DNA from: Deltaproteobacteria bacterium GWA2_45_12
GTDB taxonomy: Bacteria; UBA10199
Assembly: GCA_001797365.1 (NCBI GenBank)
Contig: MGPH01000011.1
Span: forward strand, 20,402-84,401
Direction: 5' to 3'
Length of the DNA: 64,000 nucleotides
Below the pieces are notes generated by a model, which saw nothing but the letters and a program-made list of their open reading frames with translations, had not been told where the DNA came from and did no database searches. Positions within the stretch are counted from its first letter, which is position 1. Each line of letters begins with the position of its first letter. Below are positions 20,442-28,552 of this stretch, in pieces. A program made the translations under genes and the position numbers.

Positions 20442-20517
20442 CCCGGTCATCAAGACATGAAAAAATATCTTTTGTGACAAGGAGATTAAAATTACCAATT
20501 AAAAACATGAGGTTGCA

Positions 20518-22599
20518 ATGAAAAGTTCCCTTTCTTCTTTATTCTCTCCTTTCATTATTTTTATCAGTCTTCTGACAGCGTGTGCTGAAGCTGTTGTTCC
20601 AACCCCTCCCCCCGCCCCTCCTACTTTAAATATTAGTGGGGAAGCTGTGAGTGACTACACTTTAAGTTTTGTAGCCCCTGATTTTAACGGAGAGGCCCCT
20701 TACTATAAACATACCGAAACCATCGTTTTAAGAAATATTGGGGAAGAAATCCTCACCATCAACAACATCACCATGGACGATTTTAGTGGAGCCAAATGCG
20801 AATTTTCTTTTAATCCTGATGTTAATGACGCTGATTCCGTCACACGATGTTCCAACCCACCCATTGACATGGGCCTACCTCAACATCTTGAAGCGGGACA
20901 ATCCATTGCGTTTGATGTGACCTACACCCAGGACAATTTCGGAAATTTCTCCACAAGCATTGTTATTGAAAGTAATGACCCTGATTTTCCTACTCAGACT
21001 ATTAATGTCACATCTGAAAATTCAGGGTTGGGACAGGCTGAAAGCCCCTTAAGAGCCGAAGAACCGGCACCCAGACAAGCCCACCCAAGAATGGTACTTA
21101 ATCACCATCAGCTTGACTTTGGACATGTTCTTGTAGGCAATCAAATTAACCAACTTGTTTGTATCTTCAACCGTGGGGAAGCTCCTTTAAATATACTAGG
21201 CATCAGATTTTTACCCGAAGGGGAAGGTGCCAACAATCAATATGAATTCCTCCATGTACATTGGATACCCTCTGTCATTCCAGCACCACAGGGATGGGGA
21301 TCTGGAAGATGTCCCATTGATATTCAATATCACCCCAATGTGGTAGGAAATCATAATACAGCCATCGAAATTGTCAGTGATGACCCCATCAATCCTTTGT
21401 TAAGACTTCCCATATTGGGAACCGGGGTCCGTGATAACCCGCAACCACCTCAACCTGCTCCTCAGATGTATGTTTATCCGAGACAAGTCTCTTTTGGAAA
21501 AATTGGCGTGGGTTGGACAAGAACTATTGAAATTACAATCCGCAATCAAGATGCTGGCGTTTTGAGTATACAAGAAATTAGCCTGGCACCAGCAGGTGAG
21601 GGAATTAACGAGCAATATGAACTCATCAATACCCCCGATGCCTGTCGTAATTTGGAAGAAGATAGCAGTGTTCGTTTCAGCATTCGATATCGGCCGCAAA
21701 TTGTTGGTGAGCACAATACTTCTCTTACCATTGTAAGTAATGACCCCTTGGGACAAAACTTTACCATCCCCGTTACAGGAAACGCGGACATTTGGCCGGA
21801 AATTTCTGTGAACACCCAACGCATCAATTTTGGCCATGTAACCCCTGGCAATGCAAGCGACCCTTATACTATTAGAATACGAAGTGACGGTCCCGGGCCC
21901 TTGACCTTACAAAATATAATCCTGACCGCCGAGGCACCAGCCCCCAACAACAACCAATATCAGCTTGATAATATTCCGCTGGAGTGGCCACTGATCCTTG
22001 CCCCTAGAACAGAGCTTGAATTAAACCTTACCTATCTTCCCCAGGTTTATGGAAGCCATAATACCTTCCTTGTCATTTCAAGTGATGATGAAAATGAAAG
22101 CACAATCAGAATCCCCATTTCGGGAAGTGCCAATGCCCGGGAAATTAGTGTTTCAACCGATCAAATTGACTTCGGCGAAGTAAACCAAGGGGCCAACTCA
22201 CCCATTCAAAACATTACCGTGCAAAATGAAGGGAATTTGCCACTCATCCTTCAGAATATCTCTCTTGCCCCGGCAGCTGATCCCATTAATAACCAGTACA
22301 CAATCCATAATATTCCTGCTGCATGGCCCGTTGTATTACCGGCTCACGGACAGCTCATCTTTGGCTTAAGCTATGATCCCGTCATCGTGGGAGAACATGT
22401 AACTTCCATTTCCATTTCAAGCAATGATATCGATGAGCCCATCATCAACATACCCGTCACAGGAACAAGTCGGATCCAAACCGGGCCATCCAAAGAAGAT
22501 CAGGAAAATGATGAACCTTCTAAAAAGCCACCCCCAGAAAAAACCAAACCTCCAAAAACGACTTACCCCCCAACAAACAAGGAAAAATCAAATGGATAA
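20518..22599 (+). CDS. lipoprotein with ~6 tandem Ig-like (ASH / choice-of-anchor-D / DUF1573-like) domains, paralog B1
   Basis: Signal/lipobox ISLLTAC, a PPPAPPTL linker, then repeated ~100-aa modules with the pattern FG.V..G......I.N.G..PL.I..I.L........QY.L.........L......Y.P...G.HNT.L.I.SND...P...IP.TG. Confidence 0.75.
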   Translation: MKSSLSSLFSPFIIFISLLTACAEAVVPTPPPAPPTLNISGEAVSDYTLSFVAPDFNGEAPYYKHTETIVLRNIGEEILTINNITMDDFSGAKCEFSFNPDVNDADSVTRCSNPPIDMGLPQHLEAGQSIAFDVTYTQDNFGNFSTSIVIESNDPDFPTQTINVTSENSGLGQAESPLRAEEPAPRQAHPRMVLNHHQLDFGHVLVGNQINQLVCIFNRGEAPLNILGIRFLPEGEGANNQYEFLHVHWIPSVIPAPQGWGSGRCPIDIQYHPNVVGNHNTAIEIVSDDPINPLLRLPILGTGVRDNPQPPQPAPQMYVYPRQVSFGKIGVGWTRTIEITIRNQDAGVLSIQEISLAPAGEGINEQYELINTPDACRNLEEDSSVRFSIRYRPQIVGEHNTSLTIVSNDPLGQNFTIPVTGNADIWPEISVNTQRINFGHVTPGNASDPYTIRIRSDGPGPLTLQNIILTAEAPAPNNNQYQLDNIPLEWPLILAPRTELELNLTYLPQVYGSHNTFLVISSDDENESTIRIPISGSANAREISVSTDQIDFGEVNQGANSPIQNITVQNEGNLPLILQNISLAPAADPINNQYTIHNIPAAWPVVLPAHGQLIFGLSYDPVIVGEHVTSISISSNDIDEPIINIPVTGTSRIQTGPSKEDQENDEPSKKPPPEKTKPPKTTYPPTNKEKSNG

Positions 22600-23542
22600 A
22601 AAACTTGAAAGAACCAAATTATTGTACACGAGCCTTTCTGCTCCCATGATTATCCTTCTCGGCTGTGCCTACGGTGTTTTACCCACCGGCTGTGCCGAAG
22701 CCGTTATACCCAATCCTCCTCCAGCGCCTCCTACTTTATCCATTCAGCCAAACAATCTGGTTTTCATAGCCCCTGATTTTAACGGAGAAGCTCCCTATTA
22801 CACACATACCGAATCCATTACTCTCAGAAATATTGGGGAAGAAGTCCTCACTATCACCAACATTACAATGGACGATTTAAGCGGAGCTACCTGCGGATTC
22901 TCTTTTGATGCCAATGTAAACAATGCCGATTCCCCCACGCGATGTTCAAACCCACCGCTCGACAGAAATTTTCCGATTGAACTTGAAGCCCAACAATCCA
23001 CTTCTCTTGATGTGACCTACACGCAAGACAATTACGGCAGCTTCAGTACAAGCATTGTTATCGAAAGTAATGACCCTGAGATCCGTACAAGCAGAATCAA
23101 TATTACATCCGAAAATTCAGGATTGGGACAGGCTGAAAATCCTTTAGTCCCAGCACCTGCCCCAGAAGCAGGGTCTCCCGAAATCACGGTATCTCCTTTA
23201 AGCATTGCCTTCGTATCCATACCAACAGGTCGTTCTGCCACGCGGATTGTTACCCTCCGTAACGAGGGAAACGGGCCGCTGCATATAAACAATATTGCGC
23301 TTGCGGCACCGGCGGCTCCTGCTGCCGATGGAAGCAATCAATATCAATTGGCGGGGCTTCCCCCATTTCCTTTTGAGCTTGCTGCCGGAGTGGGCATTGA
23401 ATATTCTTTTCAAATTAATTACCGACCCAATGCCGTGGGGAATCATCAAACCTCCATTGTCATTTCAAGTGATGATGTTGATGAAGCCACTGTCACAATT
23501 CCTGTCACGGGAAATGCAAGGATGAATACAGGGCCTCAGTAA
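22592..23542 (+). CDS. lipoprotein with tandem Ig-like domains, paralog B2
   Basis: Start ATG overlaps the B1 stop (ATGGATAA). Lipobox LLGCAYG. The first ~170 aa are ~75% identical to B1, indicating a recent duplication. Confidence 0.7.
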   Translation: MDKKLERTKLLYTSLSAPMIILLGCAYGVLPTGCAEAVIPNPPPAPPTLSIQPNNLVFIAPDFNGEAPYYTHTESITLRNIGEEVLTITNITMDDLSGATCGFSFDANVNNADSPTRCSNPPLDRNFPIELEAQQSTSLDVTYTQDNYGSFSTSIVIESNDPEIRTSRINITSENSGLGQAENPLVPAPAPEAGSPEITVSPLSIAFVSIPTGRSATRIVTLRNEGNGPLHINNIALAAPAAPAADGSNQYQLAGLPPFPFELAAGVGIEYSFQINYRPNAVGNHQTSIVISSDDVDEATVTIPVTGNARMNTGPQ

Positions 23543-23567
23543 TTTAAGGCCTGTAGGAAAAATCAAT

Positions 23568-23662
23568 GGTATGCACCCCAGGGCAAGCCCTGGACCCAAG
23601 ATTCTCCGCCTAAGGCGGAGGGTTTTGACCCAGCAAGGCTCGTCCCCGAAGCCAACGAGCGT
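23568..23662. repeat. ~98-bp dispersed composite element, family E
   Basis: GGTATGMACCCCAGGGCAAGCCCTGGACCCAAGATTCTCCGCCTAAGGCGGAGGGTTTTGACCCAGCAAGGCKCGTCCCCGAAGCCAACGAGCGTAGGGGA. Other copies at 35657-35758 (same orientation) and 30953-31050 (inverted). Over 90% identical. Contains two hairpins and a T-run. Confidence 0.9.
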
Positions 23663-23676
23663 AGGGGATAAAATTT

Positions 23677-25047
23677 ATGCCTAGAAAAAATAGCTTCTTA
23701 ATTTTTACAGGATTTTTTCTATTGGCTGTGGGAATAAGCCCCGTGGGGCAATCTCGTATTCCCATTCCATCCCAAAAGTTTCCTCAGCAAATTCAACTTA
23801 AAGATCCAGGCCCTGTGCAGGTTCATTTACCACCCGGCCCGCCACCCCCACCCCCCACCAGTTTGATGTTGGGGATATCAATGGATGGTTATGCAAGCCG
23901 TGACACCCCTATAAACGCCGGAATCCGCATCCCCAATATCAATTTTGGGGAAGTGCGCCTTACAAATAGACGCTATGTCAATCTTTACATTCAGAATTAT
24001 GGAGAAGCCCCACTCTTTTTGCAAAGAATCTCACTGAATCCTGCCAATGATCAATACAGATTGGTGTACATCAATAATCGATATGAAGAAATTTCTCTTC
24101 AAGAAATAAGCTGGCCGCTGGTTCTTGAAAACGGACATCGAAGAAGCAGCATTCGATTTCGTCTGAGCTACAATCCCCAAAACCTTGGTGAACATAATAC
24201 GGGAATTATCATACGAAGTAATGATAACGACTTTCCCTCTTTTACCATCCCTGTTACAGCCTCAGCCATAGCGGCTTTACCCGCCAATCTTGTTGTTTAT
24301 GATTCTTACCGTTACACCGTTGGCAGAGGGAGAAGACCCGTTGAAAATATTAATTTTAGGCGAGTTTCGTCAGGAAATACACATAACCAAAGAATTTATA
24401 TCTCTAACATAGGAGAAGCAACATTGAACGTGCAGAGCATTACCTTCGAAAACCCTGATGACGCCCAGTTTCAGCTTCATGTTGACGACATTTATAATCA
24501 TTTAGACGATGATAACAATAACCCCGTTGATGGTTTTGCCCTTCAAGGGCATGACAGGGATGTGGCTTTTATAGTCAGTTTTACCCCGGTAGCTGTCGGA
24601 AATTACAATACAAGCTTGAACATTGTCAGCGATAATCCCGACCAACCCCATTTTTCCATTCCGATTACCGCAGTTTCCGAGGTATGGTCCGTCATGGAAA
24701 TTTCTACAAACAGAATCAATTTTGGGAGTCGTGCTGTAAACACAGACAGCGACATTTTTACCGTCACCATCGGTAACACGGGTCCGGGACCCTTAAGTAT
24801 CTCCAACATTACCCTGGCCCCGCCAAACGCCGGGGCACGTGATTCCCGTGCCGAATACCAGCTCTATGATCTGCCCATTCAATGGCCACTGATTGTTGAG
24901 GCCCATAGTCAAACAACCTTTGGCCTTAGTTTCAACCCACGAACATGGGGTCGCCATGACACCGCCATTTCCATTACCAGTAATTCAGACAGGGAACCCA
25001 ATCGAATTATTCGTGTCACAGGCTGGGCAGAACAACAGAATCCTTAA
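23677..25047 (+). CDS. secreted protein with tandem Ig-like domains, paralog B3
   Basis: Signal peptide, a poly-Pro stretch (PPGPPPPPPT), then the same repeated module signature (NTGPGPLSISNITLAP...QYQL...G.HDTAISITSN). Good RBS (AGGGGA). Confidence 0.75.
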   Translation: MPRKNSFLIFTGFFLLAVGISPVGQSRIPIPSQKFPQQIQLKDPGPVQVHLPPGPPPPPPTSLMLGISMDGYASRDTPINAGIRIPNINFGEVRLTNRRYVNLYIQNYGEAPLFLQRISLNPANDQYRLVYINNRYEEISLQEISWPLVLENGHRRSSIRFRLSYNPQNLGEHNTGIIIRSNDNDFPSFTIPVTASAIAALPANLVVYDSYRYTVGRGRRPVENINFRRVSSGNTHNQRIYISNIGEATLNVQSITFENPDDAQFQLHVDDIYNHLDDDNNNPVDGFALQGHDRDVAFIVSFTPVAVGNYNTSLNIVSDNPDQPHFSIPITAVSEVWSVMEISTNRINFGSRAVNTDSDIFTVTIGNTGPGPLSISNITLAPPNAGARDSRAEYQLYDLPIQWPLIVEAHSQTTFGLSFNPRTWGRHDTAISITSNSDREPNRIIRVTGWAEQQNP

Positions 25048-25056
25048 AGGGATTGT

Positions 25057-25824
25057 TTAGTACATCACCTTCTTCAACACCAACCCATACGCCGGCGCGG
25101 TCATTCCGGCTTTTTTTCGGTCGCGGCTTTTGAGGATTTTTTGAATGTCTTTTTCGGTGAGTTTACCCCGGCCCACATCTACAAGAGTCCCCACCATGTT
25201 TCGCACCATGTGTTTTAAAAAGCCGGGGCCGGTGAAGGTGAGGGTGATGATGGCCCCACCCGTGCTGTATGGGCGAACACAAGGTTCGCCCGTACGGATC
25301 AAAATATTATCCACCCTCCTCACTGTCGTCTTTACATTGCTGTCAGAAGCACAAAAGGACTTGAAATCATGCCTGCCCACCAACACCTTGGCCGCACGCC
25401 TCATGGCAGGAATATTTAACGGATAAGGAACTCGCCAGGAATATTCGGTTAAAAAGGGGGAAGGGATGGATGAATTAAAAATGGTGTATTGATAAACTTT
25501 TTTCTTCACGGACCTTTGCGCATGAAAACTTGAAGGAACAATTTGAACTTTCAAAACAGAGATATCCGCGGGCAATGAGGAATTAAGCCCCATCAACAAA
25601 TTGATGGGCTTCATTGAAAAAGGCTCAACATCAAAATGGGCCACTTGGAAAAGCGCATGCACTCCGGCATCGGTACGGCCAGAAACATTGGTTATTATTT
25701 TTTTTTTGAAAATGGCGGAAAGTTTTTCTTCCAAAACAGATTGAACCGTGGGGCCCTGGGGTTGGACTTGCCAACCGAGATAGTTGGTTCCTTTGTATTG
25801 GAGGGTAAGTTTGATGCGTGGCAT
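25057..25824 (-). CDS. truA: tRNA pseudouridine(38-40) synthase
   Basis: KLTLQYKGTNYLGWQVQ and GRTDAGVHA catalytic Asp motif, plus HHMVRN-like FLKHMVRN. Contains an in-frame REP at 25266-25294. Confidence 0.8.
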   Translation of the reverse strand: MPRIKLTLQYKGTNYLGWQVQPQGPTVQSVLEEKLSAIFKKKIITNVSGRTDAGVHALFQVAHFDVEPFSMKPINLLMGLNSSLPADISVLKVQIVPSSFHAQRSVKKKVYQYTIFNSSIPSPFLTEYSWRVPYPLNIPAMRRAAKVLVGRHDFKSFCASDSNVKTTVRRVDNILIRTGEPCVRPYSTGGAIITLTFTGPGFLKHMVRNMVGTLVDVGRGKLTEKDIQKILKSRDRKKAGMTAPAYGLVLKKVMY

Positions 25825-25895
25825 GGGAGGTAGGGGCGCTGCTTGCTGCGCCCTTATTTATGGTACCGCCCCATAGGGCGCAGCAAGCGGCGCCC

Positions 25896-26909
25896 CTACG
25901 AAATCAATTTCTCCGCAATCTGCACGGCATTTAGTGCGGCGCCTTTCAAAATTTGGTCACCACAGACAAAAAGATTGATCCCGTTTTCAATCCATAAATC
26001 CTTGCGAATGCGGCCCACATAAACTTCGTCCTTGCCGGAAACGTCAACGGGCATGGGGAAATAATTTTCTTTGGGGGAATCCACCACCTTCACTCCCGGC
26101 ATTTTGGCCAGGGCCTGCCTTACTTTTTCAACGGAAACGGGTTTCCCCAATTCCAGATGAATGGCCTCGGCATGCGCCCTAAAAATGGGGACGCGCACGC
26201 AAGTTGGCGAGACAAGGATTTCCTTGTCATGAAAAATCTTGCGGGTTTCATGGACCACCTTCATTTCTTCCTGAGAATACCCTTCTTCGCCAACAGCAGA
26301 ATCATGGGAAAATAAGTTAAAGGCAATGGGATGTTTGAAAATAGCGCCCCTTGCAACGGGTTTTCCTTCCAGATAAGCACGGGTTTGGCTTTCCAACTCA
26401 TCAATGGCCTTGGCCCCGGCACCGGACACGGCCTGGTAGGTGGCAATGGTCATTCTTTTGATGGGGGCCAGGCAATGAATGGGCCATATCGCCATGGCCG
26501 CGATAATGGTGGTGCAGTTGGGGTTGGCAATAATCCCCTTATGCTTGGCTATATCTTCCGGATTGACTTCAGGCACCACCAAGGGAACATTGGGATCCAT
26601 ACGGTAGACACTTGAATTATCAACCACCACGGCTCCCGCCTTCACCGCAGATGGAGCAAATTCAAGGCTTCTGGCCCCTCCTGCAGAAAAAAGAGCGATA
26701 TCAATGTTTTTGAAAGAATCGTGGGTCAGCAGAGAAACGGGATATTCCTTCCCGCAGAATTTCATTTTTTTACCAACAGATTTTTTTGAAGCCAAAAGAC
26801 GTAATTCCCCGATGGGAAAATTTCTTTTGGCTAAAACACGTAAAAATTCTTCCCCCACCGCACCGGTCGCTCCGGCAATGGCAATGTTGTATTTGGATTT
26901 TTTTTGCAT
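25896..26909 (-). CDS. asd: aspartate-semialdehyde dehydrogenase
   Basis: NIAIAGATGAVG Rossmann N-terminus. 337 aa. Overall Asd architecture. Confidence 0.85.
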   Translation of the reverse strand: MQKKSKYNIAIAGATGAVGEEFLRVLAKRNFPIGELRLLASKKSVGKKMKFCGKEYPVSLLTHDSFKNIDIALFSAGGARSLEFAPSAVKAGAVVVDNSSVYRMDPNVPLVVPEVNPEDIAKHKGIIANPNCTTIIAAMAIWPIHCLAPIKRMTIATYQAVSGAGAKAIDELESQTRAYLEGKPVARGAIFKHPIAFNLFSHDSAVGEEGYSQEEMKVVHETRKIFHDKEILVSPTCVRVPIFRAHAEAIHLELGKPVSVEKVRQALAKMPGVKVVDSPKENYFPMPVDVSGKDEVYVGRIRKDLWIENGINLFVCGDQILKGAALNAVQIAEKLIS

Positions 26910-26938
26910 AATTCATCTACCCCCTCTAACTCCCCCTT

Positions 26939-27040
26939 ATCACCGCGTAGCGGGATTCCGTTTGCGGAACAAAGGGGGAGAGGCAACAAAAAATCTCCCC
27001 TCCTTTGTCCCGCGAAGCGGGATCCCGTTTGCGGGGTAAG
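26939..27040. repeat. REP family D cluster (CGGGGTCCCGTTTACGGGACGGGGCTCA type)
   Basis: Related units at 7262-7345, 10668-10700 and 11651-11690. Inverted GGGATCCCGTTTGCGGG arms. Confidence 0.75.
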
Positions 27041-27064
27041 GAGGGGTTAGGGGAGGTAGGGCCC

Positions 27065-28150
27065 CTACGTTATATTTTTGCAAATCACATCCCCCATCTC
27101 TTTGGTTCCCAACAATTTTGTTCCGGGGGTATAAATATCTCCTGTTCGATAGCCCTCATTTAAGACTTTCTTTACAGCCTCACGAATTTTGCCGCCGGCT
27201 TCCTTTTGTCCAAAGGAATATTCAAGCATCATGGCGGCCGATAAAATAGTGGCAATGGGGTTGGCCTTGTTCTGCCCGGCAATGTCGGGGGCCGAGCCAT
27301 GAATGGGTTCATACATCCCCTTGGAAGTTTCATTAAGTGAAGCGGAAGGAAGCATGCCAATGGAACCGGTAAGCATGGAAGCTTCATCACTTAAAATATC
27401 TCCAAACATGTTTTCAGTCAGGATCACATCAAACTGTTTGGGGTTGCGAATAAGTTGCATGGAACAATTATCTACATACATGTGTGAAAGTTCCACTTCA
27501 GGATAATCTTTATGCATTTGTGTGACCACTTTACGCCACAATTCGGTGCATTCAAGCACATTGGCTTTATCAATGGAACAAAGTTTTTTACGGCGCTTGG
27601 TGGCCAGCTCAAAAGCCACCTTGGCAATACGTTTGATTTCGCTGGTGGTGTAAACAAGAGTGTTGACCCCCTGCTCTTCACCATTGGGGAGCTTAGTCAC
27701 TCCGCGCGGTTTTCCAAAATAAGCACCGCCCGTCAGTTCACGCACGACCATCATGTCAATGCCTTCCACCACTTCACGCTTAAGTGTTGAAGCATCTAAA
27801 AGAGCATCAAAAATAACCGCGGGGCGCAAATTGGCAAACAGATTAAGCTCGGAGCGCAATCCCAACAATGCACGTTCCGGGCGAAGCGAATAATCAAGGG
27901 GTTCCCATTTAGGGCCCCCCACAGCCCCTAAAAGAACAGAGTCAGCCTGCTTGGCCAATTTTAAGGTAGCCGGGGGTAAAGGATGCCCTGTTTGGTCGTA
28001 AGCACAACCTCCCACAAGAGCCTCTTCAAAAGTAAATAAAAGGGAACTGGCCTTTTCAAGAACCTTTAAAACTTTCACGGCTTCCCGGGTGACTTCAACA
28101 CCAATTCCATCACCGGGAAGAACAGCAATTTTGTATGATTTGTTGGACAT
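27065..28150 (-). CDS. leuB: 3-isopropylmalate dehydrogenase
   Basis: Start at [17 protein letters not shown], with the isocitrate/isopropylmalate dehydrogenase signature. The track ORF (484 aa) is extended upstream through REPs and a small ORF, and is trimmed here to 362 aa. Confidence 0.85.
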   Translation of the reverse strand: MSNKSYKIAVLPGDGIGVEVTREAVKVLKVLEKASSLLFTFEEALVGGCAYDQTGHPLPPATLKLAKQADSVLLGAVGGPKWEPLDYSLRPERALLGLRSELNLFANLRPAVIFDALLDASTLKREVVEGIDMMVVRELTGGAYFGKPRGVTKLPNGEEQGVNTLVYTTSEIKRIAKVAFELATKRRKKLCSIDKANVLECTELWRKVVTQMHKDYPEVELSHMYVDNCSMQLIRNPKQFDVILTENMFGDILSDEASMLTGSIGMLPSASLNETSKGMYEPIHGSAPDIAGQNKANPIATILSAAMMLEYSFGQKEAGGKIREAVKKVLNEGYRTGDIYTPGTKLLGTKEMGDVICKNIT

Positions 28151-28157
28151 AATTTCT

Positions 28158-28185
28158 GTAGGGACAATCCTAGGATTGTCCCTAC
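28158..28185. repeat. REP family C: palindrome GTAGGGACAATCCTAGGATTGTCCCTAC
   Basis: Copies at 14452-14479 (inside a small CDS) and 28519-28546 (variant). Confidence 0.9.
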
Positions 28186-28229
28186 GTACGGGCGTATCGT
28201 CATAGCGTACGGGCGGGGTAACCCCGCCC

Positions 28230-28514
28230 CTACGTTTTTTTAAAAAACGCCTCCAATTTTTTCCTGGCTTCAGAGACAGGATCCTGTTGTAGGGGCGCTG
28301 CTTGCTGCGCCCCCACGAAATATTCGCAAAAATTGAATTTTTCTTTATCCACCACACGATCAGCCTGGGGTTCACGGCATTCATTGTAGGCCGCACGATC
28401 ATAAAAACCGCAATTAAGACAAATGTGGGCATCCCGCCCACAATGGTCACACACGTCGCGGAAGCCGGGTTTTTCCGAAATCGTGTCTTCTTTTTTGCAG
28501 AAAAAACAAAACAT
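28230..28514 (-). CDS. small Cys-rich (zinc-ribbon-like) hypothetical protein
   Basis: 94 aa with CFFC..x..CDHC..x..CLNC..x..C pattern. Flanked by family-C REPs and contains a family-A REP in frame. Could be REP-generated noise. Confidence 0.3.
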   Translation of the reverse strand: MFCFFCKKEDTISEKPGFRDVCDHCGRDAHICLNCGFYDRAAYNECREPQADRVVDKEKFNFCEYFVGAQQAAPLQQDPVSEARKKLEAFFKKT

Positions 28515-28552
28515 ACCAACGTAGGGACAACCCTAGGGTTGTCCCTACAAAT

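Noticed and set aside
27065-28519. 484-aa ORF upstream-extended from leuB; similar N-terminal extensions on dxr (34491-35822), tsf, pyrH, cdsA, scpA, the rRNA pseudouridine synthase, and the M15 peptidase
   Set aside because: The extensions are encoded by REP palindromes and the 98-bp element (e.g. the DNPRIVPT peptide from family C). Conserved protein N-termini begin at internal Met codons, so the extensions are read-through artefacts of repeat-rich spacers rather than real coding sequence.
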